Shown: positions 11,778 to 25,550, counted from the first letter of the stretch. The stretch is DNA of 64,000 nucleotides from Ministeria vibrans ATCC 50519 (GCA_943704425.1 CALSCP010002236.1:14328-78327); one strand, 5' to 3'. A program made the numbers and translations. The notes: generated by a model not told the origin, from the letters alone.

Positions 11778-14700
11778 CTAGACAACATCATAATGAAGAA
11801 TGTGAACCGCACCATTGTTGACCGAATCGGGACTGCCCACAACAAAGGTCCGCTGCGACGCCGGTGCGGTCGTCGAGCGGCTCCCCGCAGCCACCGCAGC
11901 CCCACCATTGGCCGTGAGTGCCTCCGCTGAGTCGTCCTGAAATACCCGGATCGCATTGCGCACTGTCCCGTCACGCGAGAGCATCGCCAGGTACGCCTCG
12001 CCTTGCTCGGGCAGTCCCAACAGCATATCGTCAATCCCGTCGCCATCAGCGTCACCCACATGGGCCACAGACGCCCCAAGTCGCGCCCCGACCCCTCCTC
12101 CCGCCAACACCGTCTCCATCCCTCCCGTCACCCCCGTCAGCAGCTGCTCGCCCAGCGCATACCCTGTTTCATTCAGAAACACAACAAACACCCCGGAACT
12201 CCCAGATGCATCACTCGCATTGTACGCCCCAATAGCAATATCGCTCACTCCGTCGCCATTCACATCGTTCAGTCCAGCAACAGACCTAAACAGCACACAG
12301 AGACACACACAAAGACACACACAAAGACACACAGATAAAAGACTGAACTGATCACTGCTTGTAAGACTTACGCGCCAAAACGGGAGTTTGCCCAAAGAAG
12401 ACCGTTAAAATTGCCCTCCTGAGGAGCCAGAATGACATGAGACTGAGCCGCGCCAATGGCAGGACGCAGCTGGTTGCGCATAAAGGTGATGAGGACAGCG
12501 CCGTGGGAGCCGTAGCCGGGCATGCCAATGGCAAGCTCATCGACATCGTCGACGTCGAGACTGCCCAGCGACGCAAGTGACGCGCCAAACTGCAGACTCT
12601 GTCCGCCGTTGGGATTGGTCAGCCCAAAGTCGGTCTCGGGTGTAATGACTTGCACGAGCGTCTCGGCGCCGGTACGGTCAAGGGAGACGGCATACACAAC
12701 ACCGTTGCCGTAGAAGGGCGCGCTGATAAAGACCGTCGCGTGCACTGCGGTGTAACTCAGAGACGGCGAGATGAGCTGGTCGTAATCGGGGAAATTGAGG
12801 ACAGCAGCGCCAAAACCATCGAACGAGAGCGCAAGAGGCTGTCCCAGAGACACACGCGAGATCCACCGCAGATCCTTAATCTCACCTGTGCTGGTGGGCC
12901 AGACGAGTGCAACTGCGCCCTGCGACGCACGCGTCTGTGCGCCCACGAGCATGTCCTCGATGCCGTCGCCGTCCACATCGGTCACCAGTGCAATGCTAGT
13001 GCCAAACCCAAACGCATTTGAGGGCTGTGAGATGTGCATCGAGCCGTGTGCGGGTGAGATGCGCTGTTGCACTTTGACGGATGTCGAGCTCCCAGCAAGC
13101 AGAATCAGACGCACTTCGCCAGTGCGAAGAGAGGTACCACTGAGTAAGCCCACAGTGGCGTCCGGCATGCCCATGGCAAAGTCGTCGGTGCCGTCCAGAT
13201 CGAGATCACCCAGGGACACCAAGGCAAACTGGGTGTCGTCAAAGTCGGTACCAAGCGTCTGAAGACCACCCAGCACGTCAAACGTGTACTGACGGTAGTT
13301 CGAGAAAAAAAAATTGCCGGCAGTCGCATCCAGCAAAACATCTTGCACAGTGAGCGCTGTGGAGGACCCGACCTGAGCCGATGTGATCAGAAGACGTTTG
13401 CTCAGAGGCATGTACGCAATGGCCATGCCCTGTCGATGTCCCGCAATGCCCGCTGAGACGGAATCCATTCCTTGCGAGGTAGCAAAGGCTCCCGTTGTTT
13501 CCACACGCACTATCTGCACGCGCTGGCCCGCGCTCGCGTGACGGGGCACAGTTATTATCACATCGTACGTGCCGTCTCCATCAAAATCGCCCAATGAAAT
13601 CACTGAAGCGCCCACCATAGCGCTTGCCTGATTGGAAATTGTTGAATCACGATTTAGAGACACAGCATTGCCCAACGGCGCACCATCGGTCCCCAGCTCA
13701 AACAGAAACACCGCACCGAGAGGCACGTCACACACAATCACCGAGGGTGCTCCGTCGTTGTCCATGTCCCCCACATACGCAACGCTGGTTCCAAAAGCGA
13801 AGACAGTCTCGCCCAAGAACTGCGTTGTGGGGTCGATCCGAGTGTGTGCTGCCACTGTGCCGTTGCGGTGCAGGAACAGGACATACGCGCGGTTGCCCAG
13901 TCGGTTTCCTAACGTGAGAGAAGGCAATAACAAGTGAGTAGGCGGAGGAAACAAAGTGATAGAGATAGAAACTCAGAATAAATCACGTAGTCAGAGCGCT
14001 GACACAGATGGCGTACCAACAAGAAGATCGGGTATGCCGTCGCCATTAAGATCTTGAAGGGCCGCCAGAGAGAACCCAATGCCACAGTCGATGACGCTGC
14101 ACTCATCAAACCCCGTCTGCAAAGAACATTTGAAATCTGTCATCCACACCACGAACACACTAAACTTTGAAGGCTATACCGAGACCACCGACTTGTATGT
14201 CCCGTCGCGATTCAAGAATGCAATGTACACTGCGCCAAATTTGGAGTTGTCGCCAGACGCACCAATGGCCAAGTCGGGAATGAAGTCGCCGTCCACATCC
14301 CCAACCCTAACAGAGAGTGAAAGAATAGAAGAAAGAGGGACAGTCAGTGCAGGGTGGAAAGCAGCGGGAGAGAGTTTACAACAATACACACACACACACA
14401 CACACACGAAGGAGAAAATTAAATATTAGTAGTATTTTAATCTCTTGCTTGGAAGGTGAACATTTGTGTGATAGAGCTTACAGTGCTAAGGCGGTACCAA
14501 ACAAGCCTCCGTCGACGGCGGGGTAAGGGAAGGGCAGCGTTGTCTCGTCGAGAGGAAAGTGTGAGACAGGCACAATGGCAGCTGTGAGGTTGCCACCGGC
14601 ACAAACCGTTGTCGAGTCGGCCACGAAGCCGTCATGGCAAGCACATCGAAACGCACCGGGCCCCAAGTAGAGGCAGGCGGCAAAGGGGCCGCAGTTGTGC

Positions 14701-15196
14701 GACAATTCAGTACAGTGATTGACGGGAGTGCACACCAGACCGGATCCTCTGAATCCTTCGCCACACGTACACCGCGTCCCATAAACGCCACCGGCCGGCG
14801 TGCAAATGGCGTTAGCATCACACCGGGTGCAGTTCATGGCAGAGGGCGCGGGCGAGACGGCCGCTGCTGTCTCCAGCAGCGCCAAACGCACTTCGGCCGA
14901 TGACAGACGACTCTCCGCCGAGTCAACGCGACTCCCCACGTCGCTCCCGTCGCTCAATACCAGCCGCCCTTCAACCCACACTACTCCCGATGCAGGTGGC
15001 GATGGAGCAAGCACCAGCTTTCCTTCGTCGTTGTATCTACAGACGCACAAACGATCGAAACACATAAACATCGAATCTTCGGGAGGAAAAAGAAAAGAAA
15101 AAAAAACGCAAAGTATCAAACTCACATTTGTGCATCCTCTGCGCGGCAGCATGACGCAAGTGCCATGCCCAGCATGAACAGTTTCAACATGGACAT
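11778..15196 (-). CDS. Secreted EGF + FG-GAP (integrin-alpha-type propeller) repeat protein, multi-exon
   Basis: Signal peptide MSMLKLFMLGMALASCCRA (ATG 15196), a short coiled coil, 2 EGF-like domains, then about 12 FG-GAP blades with Ca loops (GDVDGDFIPDLAIGA, DLNGDGIPDLLVG, DVDGDGIEDMLVGA, DVNGDGVSDIAIGA). Ends HILHYDVV* with no TM or GFFKR motif. Confidence 0.85.
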
Positions 15197-16409
15197 GTTG
15201 ATTTTTGGTAGGACTTGACTGTTTTTTTTTATTTTGACTTTTGAGTGAGTTAAGTCACTCACTTGAGAGACAGATTAAAAATCACTCAAAGTATTACCCC
15301 AAATAATCATTCTCAAAAATAAATTAATAATCTCATTATAACAAATATAAAAATAAATTTAAAAAAAAAGAATTATTTACGTCAATATGAACTCGTGGTC
15401 TCTTGAATCGGAGTTGGTGCTGCTACGGAGCGTCATCGCGCACGAGCTCTTTCACATCTCCAAGAAAGCTCCTCAATGGAAAAGTGTAAATGACTGAATG
15501 TTTTGTCCTGTTTTGCGCGCGTGTGTGTGTCTTTGTGCGCCGCTACACGTGTGTGCTGTCGTGCTCACACGTAGACGCCTCTGAGCGCCCGCACGTGTAT
15601 TAATTGTTTGAGTTTGTGTTATCGTGACACACAAAAAAAAATTCAACAAAAAAAAATACACAAGAGAAAAAATTGCATACGTATGTGTGTGTCGTGAGCT
15701 CTACGTACTCGCAACATGCTCAGCGTCTTCATGTGCAGTCGTGCGTGGGGCGTTACAATAGCCGTTTCGCCGGCAGAGCAATCGCCACAATGGACTGTTT
15801 TCGTCGGAAAGAAAAACGACTCTGGATTCGCTCTCTCCTGCTCTGCCGTGCACATGGCAGTGTAGCCCACACATGCATGCATCGCTGGGCTGTGTCAGCG
15901 TTGCCCATAGAGCCCTCTCTGTTATTGTATTTGTGGTCAAAGCTGACCAAAAAAAAACTTTTCACTTCTCTCTCACTTCTCGTCGCAAATCAATATAAAA
16001 CATACCGAATAGCGCGCCACAGAGGATGCCAAGTCGGCCCCGCCGGCGTCCAGGAATCGTTCCTCATTCCATATTTATTTTGTTTCTGTTGCATTTTATG
16101 TGTTTTCTGTTTTATCTCGTCTGCTTTGCGCGCTGCCTCCCTCCCATCCTCCCCATGTGGGTGCTGCGGTTGCGCTCCAGCGCTAAATTCGACCTATTTC
16201 TATTACGCAAATATCATTTTTCTCTATTTGATTTGTATGTTATGATTCAGACTGATTTGCTCTTGTGGATGAATCGATCTTTTCTTGTCTCTTCATTCGC
16301 CAGTTACACCTTCAGCTACTGCTGCGCCACTGCTCATTTCACACGCGATTTTTTTTTTTTTTCTGCATTCGTTTCTGTCTTACTGTGTTACACAACACTG
16401 TTAATATAG

Positions 16410-17894
16410 GTGATTGAAGACTGCCGCAAAGAGCTGGGCGAAACGTCGGGCGTTGACCTGTCGATTCCACTGGTGTTTGCTAAAGTGCGTGGCATGCTGG
16501 GGGGCATGTCGAGGCGCAAGCCGACGGAGAAGGAGATGCAGCGCGAGGTCACGCCCGAGCTGGCCGAGAGCGGCGTGTCGCTCGCGTGGCGCATCAAGCA
16601 CAACAAGGTCGCAGAGAAGTGGCAGTTGCTCAAGGAACTCGACGAGAAGCGTCACAAGCCACCGCCGACGGCTGCCGCACTTGCCGCCAAGAATCGCATT
16701 GAAGGTGGTCCCATGCCCGACACGATCATCACAACAAAACGCGCTCGCAAGAAGAAACGCACCTTTGACGATGCGAGTTTCGACGACGAAGATGAAGACG
16801 ATGACCTTCTCGACGCCGACGACGACGACCGATACTCGTCCTACAGTGAACGCAATGGCGGTGGTAGTGAGGCCACTGGCGGTGGCGGCGATGGGGGTGG
16901 AGGAGGCGGTGAAGGGAAGACGAACGGGGCGAGCACACACCACCACCACAGTTCCAGCAGTGGTCGTCGCCACAATCATAGCTCATCGGGCCGTAAGCAA
17001 CACCGTCAGCAGCAGTCGCAACATCGACAGAACAGCCAACATCACCACCCACACCACCCCAACTCGAGCTCGCACTACCCTAGACGTCGATCGCATCATC
17101 GCTCGTACTCTTTTTCAGACTCGGACGACTCACATGCCTACTCTGGACCCGAACCGCTCCCCTGGGCATCTCCTCGACCGTACACCGAGGACCGTGCGCG
17201 CTTTGGCAATGGCACGGACACCTTTACACGAATGGATCTCAATGTGCTGCGTGAGATCACACGTGAGGTGGTGGAGCCCATCCGTGAGCTCACCGACAAC
17301 GTTGTACACCCCATGGTCAACGGCATGGTTTGCATGATGCAGCAGTTTCAGCTGCACAACAGTGCTCTCTCGCGCACCCCCTTCGAGCAGACCCATCGTC
17401 TTTCTGCCCTTGTCAAGACCCTCCACCACTCTCTCAGCTCTTTTGTAGACCACGACCATCCCCACTTGGCGCTCGTCCAACAGATTGCTGCTCAGATTAC
17501 CCAACTTCAAGTGCAAATGTCGCAAGAACCCGTCGGTGAGCCAGACACGGCGGCGGCGGCAGCAGCAGCAGCAGCAGCAGGCTTGTCGTCCAACGTAGAG
17601 AAAGCCCTCTCCGGCGACAACAACAAAGCCAATAATGATGATGATATTGACGACGACACAGCAGTGCGTCGCATTGAAGACCTTGCCGCCCCACACGGCA
17701 CCACTGCTGACGTCGACAATCCACCACCGCTGTCGAGCGTCGCTCTTCTCGACCATTTTCTCCACGAATCCGACTCGACTGCCGCAGTGTCTGCAATGGA
17801 CGTCGATGGCTCCAGACAACAGCAAGAACAACAACAACAACAGTCTGTGCCGACTTCCTCTCTCGCTCGTCGCTCAGACAAATCTGCCGAGTAG
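16410..17894 (+). CDS. Hypothetical protein with basic NLS-like, acidic, Gly-, His/Ser- and Ala/Gln-rich tracts, possibly nuclear; 5' exon(s) unresolved
   Basis: Long GC-rich open frame starting after an acceptor TAG (16407-16409). Contains KRARKKKR and low-complexity blocks. No domain recognised with confidence. Confidence 0.65.
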   Translation: MIEDCRKELGETSGVDLSIPLVFAKVRGMLGGMSRRKPTEKEMQREVTPELAESGVSLAWRIKHNKVAEKWQLLKELDEKRHKPPPTAAALAAKNRIEGGPMPDTIITTKRARKKKRTFDDASFDDEDEDDDLLDADDDDRYSSYSERNGGGSEATGGGGDGGGGGGEGKTNGASTHHHHSSSSGRRHNHSSSGRKQHRQQQSQHRQNSQHHHPHHPNSSSHYPRRRSHHRSYSFSDSDDSHAYSGPEPLPWASPRPYTEDRARFGNGTDTFTRMDLNVLREITREVVEPIRELTDNVVHPMVNGMVCMMQQFQLHNSALSRTPFEQTHRLSALVKTLHHSLSSFVDHDHPHLALVQQIAAQITQLQVQMSQEPVGEPDTAAAAAAAAAAGLSSNVEKALSGDNNKANNDDDIDDDTAVRRIEDLAAPHGTTADVDNPPPLSSVALLDHFLHESDSTAAVSAMDVDGSRQQQEQQQQQSVPTSSLARRSDKSAE

Positions 17895-18065
17895 AAAGAC
17901 TTTTTCTATGTGTTTTCTTTTTTTATTGTGCATTACAACCGAAACCCCCCCCCCTCTACATTGCTCTTCTCTCTCTCTCTTTTCTTTCTCTAATGATTTA
18001 TCTCTCACGCACACTTAGTTTTTTCTCCCTCTCTATCACATTCTCTATCACATTCTCTACCACAT

Positions 18066-18072
<7 letters not shown>

Positions 18073-18161
<89 letters not shown>
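18073..18161. repeat. (CT)n microsatellite
   Basis: Read directly from the sequence. Confidence 0.95.
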
Positions 18162-18163
<2 letters not shown>

Positions 18164-18171
18164 GCTCCAGG

Positions 18172-21100
18172 CTAGAAATTGGAACGATCCGAGTCGCGGG
18201 CAAAATGGACAAAAATTTGATCAAGAGTGACCTGAGAGACAGAATAGTCTTCGACGAGCTCACGGATTGTCTCATGGTCAATGACGGCAAAGAGACGACC
18301 CACTGGCGCAGACGCAACAGGAACGCGCAGCTCCAGCTGTGTCTCGTGCTCATCGAGAATCTCACTGTCGGGTAGCTCCGACTGCAAATGCGCTTTGATC
18401 TTTATCAGTCCTTCGGATGTGTGGCTCTTGCAGATCAGTTGGTTCCCTTGGCCATACAGTGACTAAATACACGATAGAAAGTTAGATAGGTAAATTGGCT
18501 CAATTTGAGAGTCTGGTGAGAACATGACATGACAAGAGGGCAAGAAACTTCTTAATGAGGGCATAACACATAATCCACTTGTACCTTGAGATGAGCCAGC
18601 GTTCCAAGACAGCGCAACACACCATTGTGCATGATGCACATGCGCGTGGACAGTGCCTCCATCTCCGGCATCGAGTGCGATGTCACAATCACCGATGTAC
18701 CCTGTGCGCGCACCGACAACAGCACGTCCCACAAGAAGCGCTGAGCTTTGGGATCCTACCATGCAAAACAAATCATATTGTTCAGAACGTCGCTCTCTAT
18801 AGTTTCTTTCTCCTTTTTCTCCTTTCTCTCTCTCTCACACACACACACATACTCTCCCTCTGTCTTTATCACTTTGTTTCTCTCTCCCTCCTTTCTCTCA
18901 ATCGATAAATCATTTATTTTCGTTGCTTGTACCATTCCACTGCTGGGCTCATCGAGCAAGAGCACTCCTCGTGTGGACCCCACAAGCGCTGCCGCAACCT
19001 GAAGTTTGCGCTTGTTTCCGCCCGAGTAAGTACCGCATGCGCGGTCGGCAAAGAGACGCAGCTGCAGCTTGTCCAGACCCCAGTCGACCATGGCTGCGAC
19101 GTCCGCTTCGTCTGCGACGCCGCGCAGACGTGCGTACATGGTCAGCACTTCACGACCCGTCAGCAGCTCGTTGAGGGCGTCAAATTGCGGGCAGTAGCCT
19201 AGTGCTTGGCGGAAGTGGGCATCGGAGCGAATGGCATGGCCGTCGATCCAAGCGTCGCCCTCGGTGACGGCCAGATCGCCCGTAAGCATGCGAAAAGTGC
19301 TCGTCTTGCCGGCACCATTAACGCCAAGCAGACCAAAACACTCGCCACGCGCAACCCCCACTGTCAGTCGGTTCACCGCGACCTTTTCCTTCTTGCCGCG
19401 TCGGTACACCCGCGACATCTGATCAATGACCACCGCATACGCACCCAGACGGTGTCCACTGACAAGTTCAGCGACATGCTGGCGCTCCGCAAGCACATCT
19501 GCGTCCTCAAGACCCTCTCGGTCCGCCTGGCTTTCCGCAATGGCTGCCGCGTCCGCCTTGGAACACGCCACGCGACGGCGCATGCTCCACTTCTCGGTAA
19601 ACAATACCAGCGCCGCAAAAACCACTGCCGTGATGGCCATGAAAAGCAGATTGCGACCCGTAATGACAAAGTCGCTGACAGCATGGCCACTTAGCTGATA
19701 AACCCCAAACTGATTGCCAACCTTGTTTAGATTGTACGTGTACGAGATGTCCATGATACCCCGCCCCATCGCATAGTTAGGAAACACCAGAAAGACCCAT
19801 TGAAGGTATTTATTGGCATTGACCAGGTGCGGCTGATCCGGAAAGAAGTCCAGCACAAAGGTCGCAGTGGATGTGCCAATGCCCACAAAAATGTTCAGGA
19901 CCACCAGCGACACATAGGCAGTGCTGGGAACACTGAAGAAGCGCGAGAGGAAGTACATGAGCGGGGTCATGGAGAGGCCGTACATGAAGAAGAGCGCAAT
20001 AACATAGCCGATGTTCGCGCGGAACGCCTCGATGTTGAAGACCCACACAAAGAAGACACAGAGAAACATGGAGAGCGAGAAGAGGACCATGTCCCACACG
20101 TAGCTGGAGAGCCAATAAATTTCCGTGTTGACACCCGCAATGAACTGGAGAACTTTGCCCTTGCTGACACGTTCGCTGACAAGGAAAAGCGAGAAGCTCG
20201 CGGGGATGAAAGAAAAAGCAATGATAAGGTTCACAGCAATGACAAGATTGATGCCGGACTCGTCGTTCTCGTCGACCAGCTGACTGCTCGTCTTGGGCAG
20301 CGGGTGCTCGGTGAGCGTGATGCGCGCCTGCTCTGGGTTGGCGCCCATGAAGCGTGGGTAGACGGTCGCCGACCACCACTCGTTGACGACGAGGAGCGGA
20401 GAGTGCCACGCAAGATTCAAGAAGTAGCCCTTGGCAAGCATCGAGGGTGCTGCCGTAGCGCCTCCGGACAGCTCCGAGGCGTTGGCGCCGCTAAACACGG
20501 TAAAGGTTTGCTCTTCCATGGAGTAGTAGTTGTCGGCGATCCACTGGGTCGTGTTGGTCGAGACCTCGAGCGAGACGTCGTTGACCGTGAGTGGACCACC
20601 GAGTGCTGCGGTTGCATACTGCGTCTGCATATTGAGCATGCCTGTCGAGAACTGCGCCACCGGGTCGACCAGACCCGGTAGCACGGCGTACGGGACGATA
20701 GAGGCGCCACTAATCATGCCGGGTGAGTAGGTGAGCGGCGGCCAGTCTGTGGGCGGCGGGTAGATCGTGGCAAGGGCCATGGCTATGCACACGAAGAAGG
20801 CTGGCACCAGGAATTGCGAGACAAAGCCTTTCTTGTCGCGTCGGTTGTGGTGGAATCGCTTGGCAATGAGTGCACGGAATTGACGCGCGCGCCACTGCAT
20901 GCCACGCACCGCTGGCTTGACAGCGGGCGCAGCGGCAGAGACGGCGGCAGCCGCCGATTCGCCAAGGAGTGCGCGAGTGGTTTGCGAGCGCAACAGAACC
21001 TCGTGCTGCACTGCGTCTGTTGCGGCGCCGTCCGCGAGCAACGCGGCGGTGGACTTATTTTTGTTCGCCGCGCTCAAGTCTCGCATCGCAATCGACTCGG

Positions 21101-23311
21101 AACGACCGGCTGAAGTAGTCGCAATCATCGAGTCGTCATCTGTCAGTCGACTCGACGTCTTGACACATGACGGGAAGAGACGTGCCCACACGGAGGTGCG
21201 ACGACGCCGTTCCTCGGCATGAATGCGCTCACGTTCCTCCTCCTCCGCCTGCGCAGCGGCATCACGTGCCACCACAAGAAAGACCTCCTCAAGCGAAGTC
21301 GACGACAGACTGTAATGCTCGACGCCCAGTTGCGTTTTGGTCTCGTCAAAGTCACGGAAAATGGCACCGTAGCGTGACTTGTGCTCGTGGGGCAAAACAA
21401 AAGTGATCTCACGGCCAAGTGCTGAGTGGACGGTGCCCTCGGCGCCGTGTTTGCGGAAGAAGGGCAGCATGATTTCGTTGGCGTAGACGAGGGGCGCAAG
21501 CTCCGTCACAGGTGCAGTGGAATCGTCAAGTGGTGTGTCGGCGTCGTCATTGACGCCCTGTTGTTGTTGTTGTTGTTGTTGTTGTTGTGAGAGGGGTGAA
21601 ACGATACGTTGGATGACCACCTGGTAGCCAGCACCAAAGTGGTGCTTGAGAAAGATGCTTGAACCGACGCACTGGAGACGACCGTGTGCAAGCATGGCAA
21701 TGCGATCGGCAAGCACATCCGCCTCGTCCATGTGATGTGTGGAGAGCAAAATGGTACGTCCCATCTTGCGGAAGGTCGTGATGATGTCCCAGATCTGACG
21801 ACGCGCCGACGGGTCCACGCCTGCCGTGGGCTCATCAAGCACAACCACTTTAGAGCCACCGAGAAAAGCAATGCCGACACTTAAGCGACGCATCATGCCA
21901 CCGGAGAGCTCGTGAGCGCGCGACGATGACTTCTCTTCAAGGTCCACCATGCGCAGCATGAGTGAGACCTCGGCAGCAATGTCACCATCGGGCACTCCCT
22001 TGATGGTCGCGAAAAACTCGAGGTGTTCGCGCACCGTCAGCAGATCAAAGAGGGTATTGTACTGTGGACAGAGTCCCAGCGAATCGCGTGCAGCCGCAAT
22101 GTTGTGTGTCACAGAGTGCCCATTGATAAACACATCACCCGACGTGGACGGATACAGACCCGTCATAATAGACATGGTCGTCGTCTAACACGGAAGGAAG
22201 ATGTGAGAAAAAAAATTTCTTAAGAAAAAAGAAAATCGTACCTTTCCAGCACCGTTTGTGCCAAGAAGGGCAGTGACATGTCCCTGGTAAAGATCGAGGG
22301 AGACGTCGCGCAGAGCCACTGTGCCATTGCTGGGGTACACCTTCTTGAGGTTGACAATGCGCACGCCAATGGGACGTGTGGTATTCAGCTTCTCAAAGGT
22401 CACTGCGCCGACCTCGCCGACCTCGCCCGGGGTGTGTGTGACCGTGTGCGTGTTGGAGGAGGATGAGCCGGTGGACGAGGCGGGGGACTCGTGGGCAAGC
22501 ATCTTCACGGTGCTGTCTGCTGCTTTGGCATCGGTTGTATCGGGAGCAACGGCATTCGCTTGGGCACTCGAGAGGGACCAGTAGGAGCGCTGAAGTGGGA
22601 AGTACCAGGGACGAGGAACGCCAATCTGACCGGGCCATACGGCCGAGATGTACCAGGCAAGGACAAGGTAGAGAATTGCGTCGATGATGTAGAAGGCAAA
22701 GACGTCGACCATAGTGAAAGATTGTCCGAGAAACGGTGATTGGTTGACGTTGTGCCAGTGCAGACCAATGCCCAGTTCCTCCCAGCGCGCAATGTACGAA
22801 CTGCCAATGCCAAAGTTAGTCGTGGACACGAGCGCCGCCAAACTGACAGTTGTCTTGGAGAAGTCGCGCAGACCACGCTCGACAAAGATGTACGGGAGAT
22901 AGGAACAGAAGTAGATAAGACCCGCAACGGCCGCGGCAATGCGCGCACGGGAGAAGAACACAGAGAGCAGATAGGAGAGTGCAACGGTCGCAAAAGAGAA
23001 GAGCAAGAAGGACACAAAGACGGGCCCAAACGATGAGTTTGGCATAATCTTGCCAAACTTGATGATGAGCGTAATGAAGAGAATGGACACAGTCGTCACA
23101 ATGACACTCGTGATGAACCATCCCAGCCATAGCACAAAAGGTCGCATTCCCATCATCATCATTGCTTCCTTCAGACGGCTCTCCTGAGGTCCAGAAAGCA
23201 AACAATGAGAATCAGTGAGAGACATAAATAATTATATTTTTATTTTCTTTTTCGTTGTTTTTTTCTACCTTTTCAGCGACAACTGATTTAGTCATTAGAC
23301 TCACAGTCTAT

Positions 23312-23347
<36 letters not shown>

Positions 23348-23486
23348 CGTATTAATAAATAAGAAGAGGAAAACCAAACGAAATAGTGCTCGCTCAAACG
23401 ATGATACATCAAACTCTGCGTCACTGTCACTTTCACACACTTTCTGTCTGTCTCTCTGCCTCTCTCTATCTCTCTCTCTCTGACTG

Positions 23487-23525
<39 letters not shown>

Positions 23526-24543
23526 CGTACGTAGATCCAAGCGAGGGTCATAAAGAGGGGCAGAGTGGTTGAGATGGCGCCAATAAAGTCATCGGCAATG
23601 TACTCGGGATGGGGGAACCGCTCAATGTTGAGGAAGATGTCGCTGGTGGAACGACCCGAACGCAGTTCGATGATGGACCGGTCGATAAGGTCTTGCATTG
23701 TGGGTGCCCAGGAGTCCCAGTAGCGGGCGGAGGTGAAGGGTCCCTATGCACACAGACAAGACAAGATACACTATTATTGACTGGCAATGCATTGCTGCCA
23801 TCTGAGCGCACCTGAACGTCCCAGTCGGGGTACTGGAGTGTTGTGTCACGACACTTATTGGAAGGGGGGCGGATAGTGTAGGCGACGTTGAGGGACGAGG
23901 AGAGGTTTGTCGAGGGAAAGACCACGCCCAGATAGACACTGTTGGGGTTGGCGATGGCATAGGCGACCAGATCCTCTTCCGAGCCGAATCCGATAAAGAG
24001 CGAATCAAGGGTGCCGGCCGACACGCCGCGCGTGGTCTCCACCTTGGCCTGCACCAGCCCCATGACCGTCTCAACGTCGCTTGTGTTCGTGTGCGGTGAG
24101 TACAGAATCGCCCGACTGAAACTCGACGCAGTCTTCTGCGAGCCTTCGCACAGACTCCCCGGCGTCGTCATCATGCACCACTCGGAAAAATAGTCCTAAG
24201 CAAAGAAGCCATAGAGAAACAGGCAGTGTGCGGGTTTTTTGGTGGTGTCAGAGATGTATGGGAATTTTTCTCGAATCGACGAAGGGACAAAAAAAAAGAA
24301 GATGACACAGCGAGCACACAGCCATACCGGTCCACGTGTTGTCTTAGTGACGGACGCACGCACGAGGGCGAGCAGCACGAAGAGGAAGATGGGCAGGAAC
24401 AGCTCAATGCAAAGGGCGCACGGCCGACGGGTCTTGAGACGGCGGCTCTTGGTCAGCACCGCCCCTAGCTGCCTCAGCGCGCCGCGTCCCGCCCGCGCAT
24501 CAACCTCTTCGATAGGCAACGGAGCGCCCGCTGATGTGCTCAT
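18172..24543 (-). CDS. ABC transporter subfamily A (full-size, 2 TMD + 2 NBD), multi-exon
   Basis: NBD1 GTNGAGK|[33 protein letters not shown]2 [26 protein letters not shown]|DP. ABCA hallmarks [25 protein letters not shown] and the final [17 protein letters not shown]. Confidence 0.95.
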
Positions 24544-24654
24544 CGATGTAGATAAAAATTGTGAGATTTATGATAAGAATTAAGATGACAATGGCTCACA
24601 CTCAGTCTCACTGACTCTCACAGCTACAGTCGGCTCACTTCTGTTTCTCCTACG

Positions 24655-25099
24655 ATGTCGTTTCTCTCCAGCGACTCGGTCGTCCACAACGAGTCGGGCA
24701 TGGACCTCCTCTGCTCCGGCTACATGAAGGACGCCATGGGAGTCATGCAATACAGGTTTGCTTTCGCTCATGACTTCCTCCTTCCTCCTTTGTCTCTTGC
24801 GCCCCCACTCCTGCCCACCCCCGGCTTGGTTTCTTACACAGCCGCTCGTGCTGCTGGTTGCACTCACCCACCCACTCACTCACTCTCTCTCTCTCTCTCT
24901 GTCTGTCTCTCTCTCTCTCTCTTGTCGTTCGTTCAGAGTGACCATTCGCATTAACCATCCGTCGTACTCTGCGCCCGGCGAACGCGCCGAAACCTCAATT
25001 GACAGGCGCTACACCGAATTCCGCGATATGTACACTAGATTGCGCGCTGCGACGAGCCTGGCGCTGCCGCGCTTCCCCAAGAAGAAGCTGCGACATAAG
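24655..25099 (+). CDS. 5' fragment of a PX-domain protein (sorting-nexin-like), truncated at a repeat/assembly gap
   Basis: Two exons: MSFLSSD..VMQY|RVTIRINHP..IDRRYTEFRDMYTRLRAATSLALPRFPKKK. RRYxEF and PxFPxK are PX motifs. The donor at 25100 runs into (CT)n and Ns. Confidence 0.75.
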
Positions 25100-25112
25100 G
25101 TGCGCACGCCAG

Positions 25113-25114
<2 letters not shown>

Positions 25115-25185
<71 letters not shown>

Positions 25186-25326
25186 AACTCTCTCTTGAAC
25201 TCTCTTGAACTCTCTTGAACTCTCTCTCTTGAACTCTCTTGAACTCTCTCTCTTGAACTCTCTCTCTCTCTCTTGAACTCTCTCTCTCTTGAACTCTCTC
25301 TCTCTTGAACTCTCTTGAACTCTCTT

Positions 25327-25377
<51 letters not shown>
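25115..25377. repeat. (CT)n interspersed with TCTCTTGAAC units
   Basis: Compound repeat read directly from the sequence. Confidence 0.9.
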
Positions 25378-25387
25378 NNNNNNNNNN
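25378..25387. other. Assembly gap (10 N)
   Basis: Run of n characters. Confidence 1.
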
Positions 25388-25550
25388 TGTGGTGTGTGTG
25401 GTATATGTGGTGTGTGTGTATGCGTGTGTGGTATATGTGGTGTGTGTGGTATATGTGGTGTGTGTGTATGCGTGTGTGGTATATGTGGTGTGTGTGGTAT
25501 ATGTGGTGTGTGTGTATGCGTGTGTGGTATATGTGGTGTGTGTGTGTGTG
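25388..25550. repeat. GT-rich minisatellite (TGTGGTATATGTGGTGTGTG.. units)
   Basis: Tandem units read directly from the sequence. Confidence 0.9.

Noticed and set aside
11778-15196. Bona fide integrin alpha
   Set aside because: No thigh/calf domains, TM helix or GFFKR motif; EGF domains and a coil precede the blades.
25183-25550. CRISPR-like or telomeric array
   Set aside because: Simple micro/minisatellites with no unique spacers, located in intron sequence of a eukaryote.
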